Source: Candidatus Latescibacterota bacterium
GTDB lineage: Bacteria > Latescibacterota > UBA2968
Direction: 5' to 3'
Assembly: GCA_965204745.1 (NCBI GenBank)
Contig: OZ242010.1
Coordinates: 256,001-320,000 of the forward strand
DNA length: 64,000 bases
Part shown: positions 20,232-30,457 of the stretch, piece after piece
Numbering within the stretch: position 1 is the first letter of the stretch
Layout: each line of letters begins with the position of its first letter
Program-made: the position numbers and the translations under genes
Notes under the pieces: generated by a model
The model's input: the letters and a program-made list of their open reading frames with translations, nothing else
Databases searched by the model: none
Told to the model about the DNA's origin: nothing

Positions 20232-23200
20232 ATGACCTCCCGATCCGCTCACTTGTTGGCTCTGGTCGCGTTGGGCATGCTGATGGCATCAGGGCCGGCT
20301 TTTGCCCAAACCGACTACGATACGGACAACGACAACCTGATTGACATCACCTCCTTGGCGCAACTCAATGCCATTCGCTATGACCTCAACGGCGATGGTA
20401 CGGTACCGTAGCCACTACGGATACCATGAACTACAACGCCGCCTTTCCCAACGCCATGTCGGGCATGGGTTGCGCCGCTACCTGCACCGGCTACGAGTTG
20501 ATGAACAACCTGGACTTTGACGAGAACAACGATGACCAGATCACCTCAGCAGACGCCACCTACTGGAACAGCGGTGCCGGTTGGACGCCCATCGGTGTTG
20601 CGTCCACCGGTGCTGCAACCGTCTTCTCTGCCACCTTTGACGGCAATGACAACACCATTTCCAACTTGTTTATCAATTCCAACACCAGCACTGCCACCGG
20701 CGGCGGTTTCGTCGGTCTGTTCGGCGATGTCAGCGGCACGATTAGAGATGTGGGCTTGTTGGACGTGAATATCACCAACACTCGCACTTTCGTTACCACC
20801 GGTTTAAACTTTGGTCGAACCGGTGCCTTGGCGGCTCGCCTCAGTAGCGGCGGCGCGGTGCGCGGGAGCTACGTCGCCGGCGGCTCCGTAACCCACACCA
20901 CCGGCAGTGGCAATGTCGGCTATCTCGGCTGTCTATTGGGCTACGCCACTGCGCCCGTCAGCGATAGCCACGCCACCTGCAATGTGACCGGAGCGAGCGA
21001 CCTCACGATTTACTTAGGCGGCCTGATCGGTGGATCCGACGGTAACGTCGACTCCACCTACGCCACTGGGACGGTCACCAAAACCGGCTCCGGTGCCAGC
21101 CTCGGCGGTGGCCTGATCGGTTGGACCACGGGCCGGGTCAGCGTCAGCTACGCGACCGGGAATGTCACCGCCGCCGGCCGCGGCAGAGCGGGCGGCCTGA
21201 TAGGTTTTATGCAGGGTCCCAGCTACGCCAACTACGCGACCGGGAACGTTTCCGGCACCGGCACCGGTGACGGTTCCACCAACATCCAAAGCCTCAGAAT
21301 GGGCGGCCTGATCGGATCGATGGATCTCGGTAGTGGCGAATACCTGCGCTCCAGCTACGCAACCGGGAACGTTTCCGGCACCGGCTCCGGCGTCAAAGCG
21401 GGCGGCCTGATAGGTCAAGTGCAGGTCACTGACGCCAACTCGATAAGCGCCGTCTATGCTATCGGCGCTGTTTCCAACATCAGCACCGGCACCACAGCCA
21501 CCGGCGGCTTGGCGGGACAACAGACGGGTTCAGCCAACCCGATGACCAACAGCTACTGGGACAGACAAACCACCGGGCAGACCACCACCGCTGGCACCAG
21601 TAGTAGCACCACTGGCGCTCAAACCACCAGCGCACTCCAAACCCCCACAGGCTATACCGGCATCTACACCACCTGGAACCAGAATCTGGACGGGCAAACG
21701 GGCAACGACGATCCGTGGTACTTTGGCGCGACGAATCAGTACCCCGTGTTGAAGTATGCCGGCCTGGACACCACCGCGCAATTTACGTTGCAACCGCCGG
21801 GCAGGCCGGTTGTGGCAGTGACGTCCAATGGGGACACTTTGTACGTGGGCTGGAGTGCGGCGAGTCAAGCGACGGGATACACCGTGCAGTGGAAATCCGG
21901 CATGCAAAGCTACGACGCCTCGCGTCAGGCCACCACCACGGCTACGCGCTACAAGATTCCCTTGACGACGGGGACGACCTACACAGTACGTGTCCTTGCC
22001 ACCAAGACCGGTGCGCGCAACACAGCTTCGGTCGAGGTCATGCGCGCTCCAGGCCTCACCAATTACGATACCGATGGCGATGGCCTCATCGCTATCACCA
22101 CGCTAGCTCAGCTCAACGCCATTCGCCACGACCTAAACGGCAATGGCGACGCTACCCACGCCGATTATGACGCTGCCTTTCCCGGCTGCGACACCAGCAG
22201 CAGCGCCCGCATGGGCTGCCTCTCGGGATGCACCGGCTACGAACTGCTCAGCGACCTGGACTTTGACGAGAACAACGACGGCGCAATCACCTTAGCAGAC
22301 GCCACCTACTGGAATAACGGCGCAGGCTGGATGCCCATCGGAACCGACGCCGACACAAACGCTCCATACACAAGCCAATACCACGCCGTTTTCAAAGGCA
22401 ACGGCTACACCATCAACAACCTATACATCAGCCGCCCCAGCACTAACGACGTCGGGCTGTTCGGCGCAATTTCCTCCCCCGGCCGCATCGAGACCTTGGG
22501 CGTAATCAACGCCGACGTTACGGCGCAGTATTGGGTCGGCATTCTGGCAGGCACCATTCGCGGCGACGGCGATATTGTCGCCAGTTACACCACCGGCGAG
22601 GTTGCCGGCACCCAAAATGTTGGTGGATTAGTCGGCTACATGTTAGAAACAGGACCAGGAATCCACTCCAGCTACTCTACAGCATCCGTCAGCGGCAATC
22701 TGAACGTCGGCGGTCTATTGGGCCGCCAGGACAGCGGCGGCTCTATAACAAACTCATACTCCACCGGCAGGATTAGCGGCACCGGAAGCTCTCCCGTCCA
22801 AATCGGCGGACTATTAGGCCTCGGTAACCTGGGAAGCGTCGTGTCCAACAGCTACTGGGACACCTCCACCAGCGGGACTACCTCTAGCGAAGGCGGCACG
22901 GGCAAGACGACCCGCGAGCTCCTAAGCCCCACCACCTACGGTGCCACCAGTAGCGATCCCTACTACAACTGGAACGCCAACCTCGACGGACAAGCCGGCA
23001 ACGACGATCCGTGGACCTTTGGCGCGATGGATCAGTATCCGGTCTTGAAGTATGCCGGCATGGACACCACCGTGCAATTTCAGCTCCAACCTGCGGTCGT
23101 GACATTGGCACTGACGCCTTCGTCGATCTCGGAAAGCGGTGGGATGAGCACCGTGACCGCGACGCTGACACGGTCATGGAGTACGGCGACGACGATCACG

Positions 23201-24466
23201 GTGCGTCCTGTGGCCGGTGCTTACACGGTGGGGATGGATTCGACGATCACCATCGCGGCCGGGAGCACGGCGAACGCGTCGGACACGGTGGTCATCACAG
23301 CGGTGGACAATACCCAAGACGCGCCTAATCGCGACGTGACCGTGACCGTTGTATCAGACAACGACCAGGGCAGTGTGGTCCTCCCGACCGAGATAACGAT
23401 CATCGATGATGACGCGCCGCCGAGGCTCTCGATCAGTTCGCCGAGTGCGGTTGAGGGCACTGCCCTGACGTTCACCGTTAGATTGAATGCAGTGAGCGAC
23501 AAGGCGGTGACGGTGGCGTATGCAGACGCGGGCACGGGCACCGCGACTTCGGGTACCGATTACACCGCACTTACCGCAGGGACCCTGACCTTTGCGGCAG
23601 GCGTGACCAGCCAGACCATCGCTGTTTCTGTGACCGGCGACACGGATAATGAGCAGAACGAGACCGTGATCGTGACGCTGAGCAGTGCGACCAATGCGAC
23701 CATAAGCACGGCGCAAGGCACAGGGACGATTATCGATGACGATGGCATGCCTGCGCTGAGTATCGGTTCGCCCAGCGTGATTGAAGGCGCGACCGGCGCG
23801 ACCCTGACCTTTCAGGTGTACCTACGCCCAGCGCACACGGCACAAGTGACGGTGGCGTATGCAGACGCGGGCACGGGCACCGCGACTTCGGGAACCGATT
23901 ACACCGCGCTTACCGCAGGGACCCTGACCTTCGCGGCGAGCGATACCATCCAGACCATCCCTGTTTCTGTGACCGACGACTCGGATGATGAGCAGAACGA
24001 GACCGTGATCGTGACGCTGAGCAGTGCGACCAATGCGACCATAAGCACGGCGCAAGGCACAGGGACGATTATCGATGACGAAACCCCGAGTGCCAACTTG
24101 GATGTGGATGGCGATGGCCGGGTGAGATTGTTCTCGGATATAATCTTGGTCATTCGATACGTCCTCTTCTTCCGGAACGAGGCCCTCCTCAGAGGGAACG
24201 TCATCGAGCCAACTGCCACGCGCACGACCGCTCAAGACATTGAACCCTACCTCGACACGTTGGTCAATCAGAACATTCTCGATGTGGATGGCGATGGCGA
24301 TGTGAGGCTGTTCTCGGATATAATCCTGATCATTCGATACGTCCTCTTCTTCCGGAACGAGGCCCTCCTCAGAGGGAACGTCATCGAGCAAAATGCTACG
24401 CGCACGACCGCTCAAGCCATTGAACCCTACATTCGAAGCCTCTATCCCGCCTCCCACTTCCAATGA
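20232..24466 (+). pseudogene. Large secreted surface protein (GLUG repeats, FN3, Calx-beta, dockerin/EF-hand-like tail), frameshifted at ~20400
   Basis: Signal-peptide ORF 20232-20411 and the 1346-aa ORF 20426-24466 join in frame if one GGTAC of GGTACGGTAC (20397-20406) is removed; GGLIG repeats; duplicated Calx-beta 23507-23741/23846-24080. Confidence 0.8.
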
Positions 24467-24654
24467 AAGCCTGTTCCCTGACCGCCACAGATGAAGATGG
24501 CGATGAGGCGACCTTGATGTTCACCCTCTCTGTGATGGTTGATCCGATGCCGACCTTCGGCGATACGAGTGTGGATACACTGGCCTATACGCGGAAGCAA
24601 GAGATCGAATCCCTTTTCCTCATCTTCGCCGCCGGCTTTGGCTCGACAGGCTGA
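24463..24654 (+). pseudogene. Collapsed remnant of an Ig-domain surface protein
   Basis: LTATDEDGDEATLMFTLSV Ig-like fragment joined directly to FLIFAAGFG tail (cf. FLRFARAFG at the end of the WD40 protein). Confidence 0.5.
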
Positions 24655-24669
24655 ACGACGAAAGACGAA

Positions 24670-24715
24670 AAAAAAGTAAAGCCCGGGTTCACAGCGAACT
24701 CGGGCTTTACTTTTT
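24670..24715. terminator. Intrinsic terminator
   Basis: AAAAAGTAAAGCCCGGGTTC...GAACTCGGGCTTTACTTTTT. Confidence 0.85.
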
Positions 24716-24943
24716 GGGACCTACCCCCCTGGCCCCCCTTCCTGCGAGGAAGGGGGGAATGGCGAGAGGTTTTCCGAGGGAATGGCGAGAGGTTTTTTGG
24801 GGTTCATTGATCCATTCGCTCAAAGCCATCAAAACAGGCCTGGATGCAAACCTTTCAGAAAGCCATGCGCTCCCCCTTTCCTCGTAGGCACAGGCGTAGC
24901 CTACAATGAGCGAAGCGAATAACGGGGGCCGGGGGGATAGGGC
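24716..24943 (-). repeat. ~200-bp palindromic MITE-like repeat, copy B
   Basis: Reverse complement of copies A/C; similarity to A's flank extends to ~25015. Confidence 0.85.
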
Positions 24944-25165
24944 TATGGCGGTAGGGCGGTGGGTGGTAATCCGTGCAATCCGCGTAATCCGTTTAATCCG
25001 AGATTCAGACACGGTGGGGTGGGGAGGAAGGGCACGCATGGGTGGCAGGGAGGACGAAGCGGCGGTTGGGCGTTGGGTTGCCCTCTCGCCTCTTACCTCT
25101 CCCGTCTTACCTCTCCCGTCTTACCTCTCACCGAAGGGAGTTGGGCGGGGTGGCCGCGCCGCCCA

Positions 25166-25588
25166 CTACCACAAATGCACAAACACAGCGGGACGCACTT
25201 TTTGGCCGGTTGTCCCAGCGGACAGGAGCGAGTCCGCGTACGCCGCGTCATTGACCATCTGCTCGCGGCTGCCGCCTTTTAGGAACAAGTGTAAATTTTG
25301 ATCGGGTTTTGCGACCAAGCCCGCAACGGTTTTGCGAAACTCGCCCGGTGCCAATTCGCGCTTGGCAGACCGACCGTCTTCTGAAAACGCCAGCCCTTGG
25401 GCCGTGTATAAAATGACCACATCGCCGGGCTTGGGGTCGTGGTGGTGGACGCGCCACACGGGTTGCGACACGTTCAAAATCATGATGCCCAAGCAGAGCA
25501 TCAACATCATAATTCCCAAAAACAACTCTTTGCTCACGTCGTGCGCTTCGGCATCGGATACCGCGCGGTGTAAAAATCGTTGTCTCAT
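25166..25588 (-). CDS. ExbD/TolR-like single-TM protein
   Basis: Acidic residue before TM (ELFLGIMMLMLCLGIMIL) plus small soluble domain; coupled to an ExbB-like gene. Confidence 0.45.
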   Translation of the reverse strand: MRQRFLHRAVSDAEAHDVSKELFLGIMMLMLCLGIMILNVSQPVWRVHHHDPKPGDVVILYTAQGLAFSEDGRSAKRELAPGEFRKTVAGLVAKPDQNLHLFLKGGSREQMVNDAAYADSLLSAGTTGQKVRPAVFVHLW

Positions 25589-26346
25589 GACCTGTTCTCC
25601 CCATCGCGCATGCCCAGCCAGTCGCGTTCCAAATCGGACATGCGCCGCAGCAACTCATCGTAGCCCTTGCGGAGCGGCAGATAGGCCAAGAGCGCGACGA
25701 GGGTGGTTTGAAATGCGAGCACCAATCCCCCCGCCATATCGCGCAACACTTTGAACGTTTCGGTGGCTTCGTCCAAGCGGGTCAGTTCTTCGGCCATCAG
25801 CAAGATGCCGCAAACAGTGCCCAAATACCCGTAAAACGGAATGCGGCTCAAGGCGCGTTGCGATGCCAATACCCGGTCGCCGAACGCGGCGATCAGGTCG
25901 TCTAAGGCGTCGTCGTCTCGCGCTTTGCGATCCGCGTAATTCTCGCGGCTGTGGTGGAACGCATCCACCTGTTGCTGCCGCTGTGCGGTCAACGCCCCGG
26001 CGCCTCGTTTTTCCATGTCTATCCGCTGATAGAAGTGAATCAGCGCGACCACATGCGTTGCGGAACTGCCCAAGATGAGCGCGTAAGCCGCCCGCCCGAC
26101 CCACTCGACCCAGCCCCCTGCGGGTGGGGCAAAAAAGTAAAAGTAGATGATCATGCCCGCCATGCCCGCGCCTGCCAAACCGCCGACAACAGGCCCAAGC
26201 CACGGTGACGCGGGCGGGGCGTACTGTTTTTCGCTTCGACAAACAGCATCTGCGTACTGCCTCAAAATCAGCGCGCCTGCCACCGCACACACGGCAAAAA
26301 AGAGAACCGCAGATACCATCTCGGCCCAGTGCAATCCGCCCATCAA
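25585..26346 (-). CDS. MotA/TolQ/ExbB proton-channel family protein
   Basis: IPFYGYLGTVCGI...GGLVLAFQTTLVAL. Confidence 0.75.
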   Translation of the reverse strand: MMGGLHWAEMVSAVLFFAVCAVAGALILRQYADAVCRSEKQYAPPASPWLGPVVGGLAGAGMAGMIIYFYFFAPPAGGWVEWVGRAAYALILGSSATHVVALIHFYQRIDMEKRGAGALTAQRQQQVDAFHHSRENYADRKARDDDALDDLIAAFGDRVLASQRALSRIPFYGYLGTVCGILLMAEELTRLDEATETFKVLRDMAGGLVLAFQTTLVALLAYLPLRKGYDELLRRMSDLERDWLGMRDGENRS

Positions 26347-27536
26347 CCGCGCCCTCCGGTGAACAATTGACGACGTGTGATGACGTATAACGAGAGTCCC
26401 AACGCCAATGTCGGCAACAACAACCCCAATCGCGTGGCCCGGCCACTCGCGCCAGCGCGTCCCTCTCTCGGTTGGACCTTGGCCCCGCGGTCATCGCGTT
26501 TGCTATCGCGTTTGCCTGCCCCCCCGCGATCTTCGGGTGGGCGATAGGCTCGTTGGCGGGTGCCAGGGGTGTCCAAGACGGGTTTGCCATCGGATAAATT
26601 TGCCGCGCGTTCGCCCTTGAGTGCGCGAGGGGTTGGATAGATCAAGTGTCGTTGTTCTGCGGGCAGGTTCTCCGACCACGTCCGCAGTTTTTGTGCTTCG
26701 GGGGCCGATATGTCTTCGGTCAAGGGTGCGATTTTTCCCAATGTCAGGGCGGCTGATCGGCCGCGGTCTCGGTTGTAAAGCGGCACGTCGAGGTCGCGTT
26801 GTCGCGCCAAGGTCGCCGCGATGGTTTCCCGCCGGGCCTGCAAGGTGGCGATTTGTTGCGCGTAGTTGTGATAGTCCATTTCGCGTTGCCGCGCCGTTGT
26901 GGTACCTACGGATCGCGCCAATGCGCGGTCTATCGCCCCCATGTCAAAGGCGGTGCTCAGGTTCACAATCCCAAATGGGTGATCGCCCCAAATCGGCTCG
27001 GCGGCGGGAATGTCCGGCAGGGGATGGGCATAGACGATTTCCGATGCCTGCCCGGCATCTGCTTCCCACGCCGCGTTGGAAACCGCGATGGGGTACAACG
27101 CGCCCGCGGCGTCCTTGAGGTACAACCCGCCCAAAAAGCAACTTTCGACCCAATCCGTGTCCCAACATCGCACGCGCAAGCGGTTTTGTTCGTGAAAATA
27201 CAGGTCTGGGATGGACACTTCTACGGGCGTCAACCGGGTCTCGCCCACGGGAAAACCATTGAGCCAAACGCGGGCTTCGTCGTCTGCCCAGAAGATCATC
27301 ACAGCGGTCATACCCTCGGGCAAGACGCGATCCGGACGCGCTTCGGGCAGTTTGCCCAGCACATCGGCATCGGAGACGCGCATCAGGCTCACCAAGCTAT
27401 CTATGGCGGCGGACGCGTCGTTATACGCCCGGCGCAGGGCGAGTGTGTCGGCGTTTGCATGGGTGAAAAACAAAAGCAACCCCATAAGACCGCAACACAA
27501 CGCGTTAGTAATCCGCAAAGGCGCCGTCATCTTCAT
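26343..27536 (-). CDS. Hypothetical exported protein with C-terminal membrane anchor
   Basis: Signal peptide ending THANA, WADD..VWLNG jelly-roll-like motif, C-terminal TM. Confidence 0.65.
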   Translation of the reverse strand: MKMTAPLRITNALCCGLMGLLLFFTHANADTLALRRAYNDASAAIDSLVSLMRVSDADVLGKLPEARPDRVLPEGMTAVMIFWADDEARVWLNGFPVGETRLTPVEVSIPDLYFHEQNRLRVRCWDTDWVESCFLGGLYLKDAAGALYPIAVSNAAWEADAGQASEIVYAHPLPDIPAAEPIWGDHPFGIVNLSTAFDMGAIDRALARSVGTTTARQREMDYHNYAQQIATLQARRETIAATLARQRDLDVPLYNRDRGRSAALTLGKIAPLTEDISAPEAQKLRTWSENLPAEQRHLIYPTPRALKGERAANLSDGKPVLDTPGTRQRAYRPPEDRGGAGKRDSKRDDRGAKVQPREGRAGASGRATRLGLLLPTLALGLSLYVITRRQLFTGGRG

Positions 27537-28629
27537 GCCAGAACATCCCGCGTAGGCGATGGGATTCATCGCGCAGTGCCATGAGTGCGTCCTCGTCCAT
27601 GTCCACGCCCAAGCCCGGTTCGGTGGGCAGTTCGATAAAGCCATCTCGAAACGCCAAGGGGGTGTGGAACAAGCCTTCCCCGCGGTTGTGCCCGCCCTCG
27701 CAGATCAGCAGATTGGGAACGGTCGCCATCACATGGACGGAGGCGGCCACGCCCACCGGCCCCGCGGCATTGTGTGGGGCAATCGCCATGTTGTGGATTT
27801 CGGCCATGCCCGCGATCTTTTTCATTTCCAGCATGCCCCCGCAATGGCGAATGTCGGGTTGCAAAATCGCGCACATTTCCCGCTCGATGAGTTCGCGGAA
27901 CCCCCAGCGCGTCAAGTGCCGTTCGCCCGTGGCAATGGGCACGGTGGTGCTTCGGGACAGGGCCAACAATGCCTCGTTGTTCTCGGGGTGGCACGGCTCT
28001 TCGGCAAACAGCGGGCGCAGTGGCTCTAATTCTTTGACGAGGATGGCGGCCATCGCGGGACTCAAGCGGCGGTGCAAATCGACCGCGATGTCGATGCCAT
28101 CGCCCACGGCATCGCGCACGGCGGCAACGCGGGACACCATGAAGTCGATGGTTTTGGGCGTATCCACAAATCGCACGGGACCGGGCGACGCCCCCATTTT
28201 GACAGCGCGAAAACCAGCGGCGACTTTTCGACATGCGTTTTCCGCACACTCCTCGGGCGTCGTCCCGCCGATGCCGGTGTACACGCGGATGCGGTCGCGC
28301 ACTTTTCCGCCTAGCAATTTCCACACGGGCATGCGGACCCATTTGCCAAATACGTCCCACATTGCCATTTCTATGCCACTGAGCGCGCCGAGCAAGATCG
28401 GCATGCTGCGGCTGTAACTCGACCGGTACATCGCCTGCCAGTGATCCTCGATGTTCAACGGGTCTTTGCCGACCAGATAGGCGGCCATGTCCTCTACGGC
28501 CCGCGCCACCACGCGCCCGTGCTCGTAATTCATCGGCTCGCCATATCCGACCAGGCCTTCATCCGTGAACATTTTCAAAATCATCGCCCGCCCACGAATG
28601 GGGATGGTCTCGAATTTTGTGATTTTCAT
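27505..28629 (-). CDS. Galactonate dehydratase-like mandelate racemase/enolase superfamily protein
   Basis: GLVGYGE, ALSGIEMAMWD, VDLH, EEP, ATGER, QPD, APHN. Confidence 0.88.
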   Translation of the reverse strand: MKITKFETIPIRGRAMILKMFTDEGLVGYGEPMNYEHGRVVARAVEDMAAYLVGKDPLNIEDHWQAMYRSSYSRSMPILLGALSGIEMAMWDVFGKWVRMPVWKLLGGKVRDRIRVYTGIGGTTPEECAENACRKVAAGFRAVKMGASPGPVRFVDTPKTIDFMVSRVAAVRDAVGDGIDIAVDLHRRLSPAMAAILVKELEPLRPLFAEEPCHPENNEALLALSRSTTVPIATGERHLTRWGFRELIEREMCAILQPDIRHCGGMLEMKKIAGMAEIHNMAIAPHNAAGPVGVAASVHVMATVPNLLICEGGHNRGEGLFHTPLAFRDGFIELPTEPGLGVDMDEDALMALRDESHRLRGMFWHEDDGAFADY

Positions 28630-28640
28630 GGTTGGAATCC

Positions 28641-28746
28641 TTGTCAGTTGTCAGTTGTCAGTTGTCAGTTGTCAGTTGTCAGTTGTCAGTTGTCAGTTGT
28701 CAGTTGTCAGTTGTCAGTTGTCAGTTGTCAGTTGTCAGTTGTCAGT
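28641..28746. repeat. Heptamer tandem repeat (TTGTCAG) ~15 copies
   Basis: Direct reading. Confidence 0.97.
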
Positions 28747-28769
28747 CCGCCCCGCCCAACCGCCCTTCG

Positions 28770-29077
28770 GTAAGACGTAAGACGTAAGACGTAAGACGTA
28801 AGACGTAAGACGTAAGACGTAAGACGTAAGACGTAAGACGTAAGACGTAAGACGTAAGACGTAAGACGTAAGACGTAAGACGTAAGACGTAAGACGGGAG
28901 ACGTAAGACGGGAGACGTAAGACGTAAGACGTAAGACGGGAGACGTAAGACGGGAGACGTAAGACGTAAGACGGGAGACGTAAGACGGGAGACGTAAGAC
29001 GTAAGACGTAAGACGTAAGACGGGAGACGTAAGACGGGAGACGTAAGACGTAAGACGGGAGACGTAAGACGGGAGAC
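28770..29077. repeat. Heptamer tandem repeat, 44 units of GTAAGAC/GGGAGAC
   Basis: 18 pure GTAAGAC units, then a 26-unit mix. Confidence 0.97.
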
Positions 29078-29179
29078 GACCACCCAACCCCCTTCGCTTT
29101 TCGCCTTTCCCCTCTTGTATCTTGGAAGTAAGGGTTAATTAGGAGTTGCGCCCTCGTATCGAGATAAGCCATCTTGATG

Positions 29180-29312
29180 CCCGGCTCGGGGAAGGCCGGC
29201 CCCTCTTGAAGGCGATGACCTTGTAGGTAAGATAGGCCCCCCGACCGCCGGGTCTATGCCGAAGAGTATCTAAGTCCCTTGAGGCTGCATATACAAGACC
29301 GGTAGACTTGGC
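29180..29312 (+). ncRNA. IS110 bridge RNA (target- and donor-binding loops), copy 1; ends approximate
   Basis: LTG CCCCTCT 29200-06, RTG AGGTAAG 29225-31, LDG AGAGTATCT 29263-71, RDG ATACAAG 29291-97. Confidence 0.85.
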
Positions 29313-29380
29313 GTCAATGGTCGGGATCGAACTCGAGCGCACACCAGACCCCTTACAACCCCTCATCACAGGAGGCCCCC

Positions 29381-30388
29381 ATGTCGAAATCTCAACCCGC
29401 TTTCGCCGGCATTGATGTCAGTGCCCGCACGTTGTCTGTTGCCCTGTCCAGACCCGGACAAGCTGTCATGCAAGCGACCTTTGCCAATGATCCCCAAGCC
29501 CATAAGCGGTTGCTGAAGTGGCTCACCAAGGGCGGGCACATGGTCTCTGTGTGCCTCGAAGCGACCGGGCTTTACAGCTTGGGGGTGGCCTTGGCCTTGC
29601 ATCGGCATCGCCACACAAAGGTCATGGTCGTCAATCCCAAAGCGATGAGCAAGTACGGTCAAGCCCGCATGCAACGAGCCAAGACGGATGCGAAGGATGC
29701 GTTGTTGATCATGGATTATGCCGAGCGCATGCCGTTTGTGCCTTGGCAAGCGCCGAGTGAGCAACGGCTTCAACTGCAAGCCCTCACCAGACGCATTGAC
29801 CAACTCAAGCAGGTGATCATCAGTGAACAGAGCCGCAACCACGCGCAAAGCTACCACATCCTGAGCACACGGCGCATCGCACGCGATATTCAGGTGAATA
29901 TTCGACACCTCAAACGCCGGATTGCATACTTGGAAGACCAAGCCCTCGATCTCGTTTTGCACGATGAGACCCTCAAGCGCGCCTACCAACGCCTCTGCTC
30001 GACGCCTGGCATCGCACAAACGAGCGCCTTGCGGCTCTTGGCCGAGTTGACCCTTTTGCCTGAGGAGATGCAACCGCCCCAGTGGGTCGCACATGCAGGC
30101 CTGGATCCCAAACCCAAACAATCCGGAACCGCCAACCCACAAAGACGCATCTCGAAAACCGGGAATAAGTACCTCCGCCATGCCCTCTATATGCCTGCCT
30201 GGGTGGCCATCAGACACGAAGTCCATGTCAAAGCCTTCTATGACCAACTCATTGCCCGCGGCAAGAAACCTTTGCAGGCTATCGTTGCGGTGATGCGAAA
30301 GTTGCTCCATTCAATCTGGGGCATGTTGCGGCATGACCAAGATTTTGAGGGCGAGAAATTCTATCGAATCGCCCCGCAATCCCCTTGA
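29381..30388 (+). CDS. IS110 recombinase/transposase
   Basis: DEDD (GIDVS, LEAT, KTDAKD) and QSG serine; KISKTGNKYLR-like C-terminal domain. Confidence 0.96.
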   Translation: MSKSQPAFAGIDVSARTLSVALSRPGQAVMQATFANDPQAHKRLLKWLTKGGHMVSVCLEATGLYSLGVALALHRHRHTKVMVVNPKAMSKYGQARMQRAKTDAKDALLIMDYAERMPFVPWQAPSEQRLQLQALTRRIDQLKQVIISEQSRNHAQSYHILSTRRIARDIQVNIRHLKRRIAYLEDQALDLVLHDETLKRAYQRLCSTPGIAQTSALRLLAELTLLPEEMQPPQWVAHAGLDPKPKQSGTANPQRRISKTGNKYLRHALYMPAWVAIRHEVHVKAFYDQLIARGKKPLQAIVAVMRKLLHSIWGMLRHDQDFEGEKFYRIAPQSP

Positions 30389-30402
30389 CCTTTAAGAGAG
30401 TA

Positions 30403-30457
30403 TCTTACCTCTTGCCTCTTACCTCTTACCTCTTGCCTCTTACCTCTCACCTCTCCC
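30403..30457. repeat. Heptamer repeat (TCTTACC/TCTTGCC), IS110 target; overlaps the rfbB stop
   Basis: Direct reading. Confidence 0.85.

Larger units (their letters stand above)
29114..30405 (+). mobile_element. IS110 family element (IS621-like), copy 1
   Basis: CT cores at 29114-15 and 30404-05; rejoined donor AGAGTAT-CT-TGTAT; long left non-coding end. Confidence 0.92.

Noticed and set aside
20409-20411. TAG readthrough (pyrrolysine)
   Set aside because: The downstream ORF is in a different frame; the 5-bp duplication explains the break
25166-26346. Zorya ZorAB
   Set aside because: No long ZorA tail, no OmpA-like ZorB domain, no zorC/D/E
28641-29077. CRISPR array or coding ORFs (SCQLSVV / SYVLRLT repeats)
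   Set aside because: Pure 7-mer tandem repeats with no unique spacers and no cas genes; the ORFs are translation artefacts of the repeat
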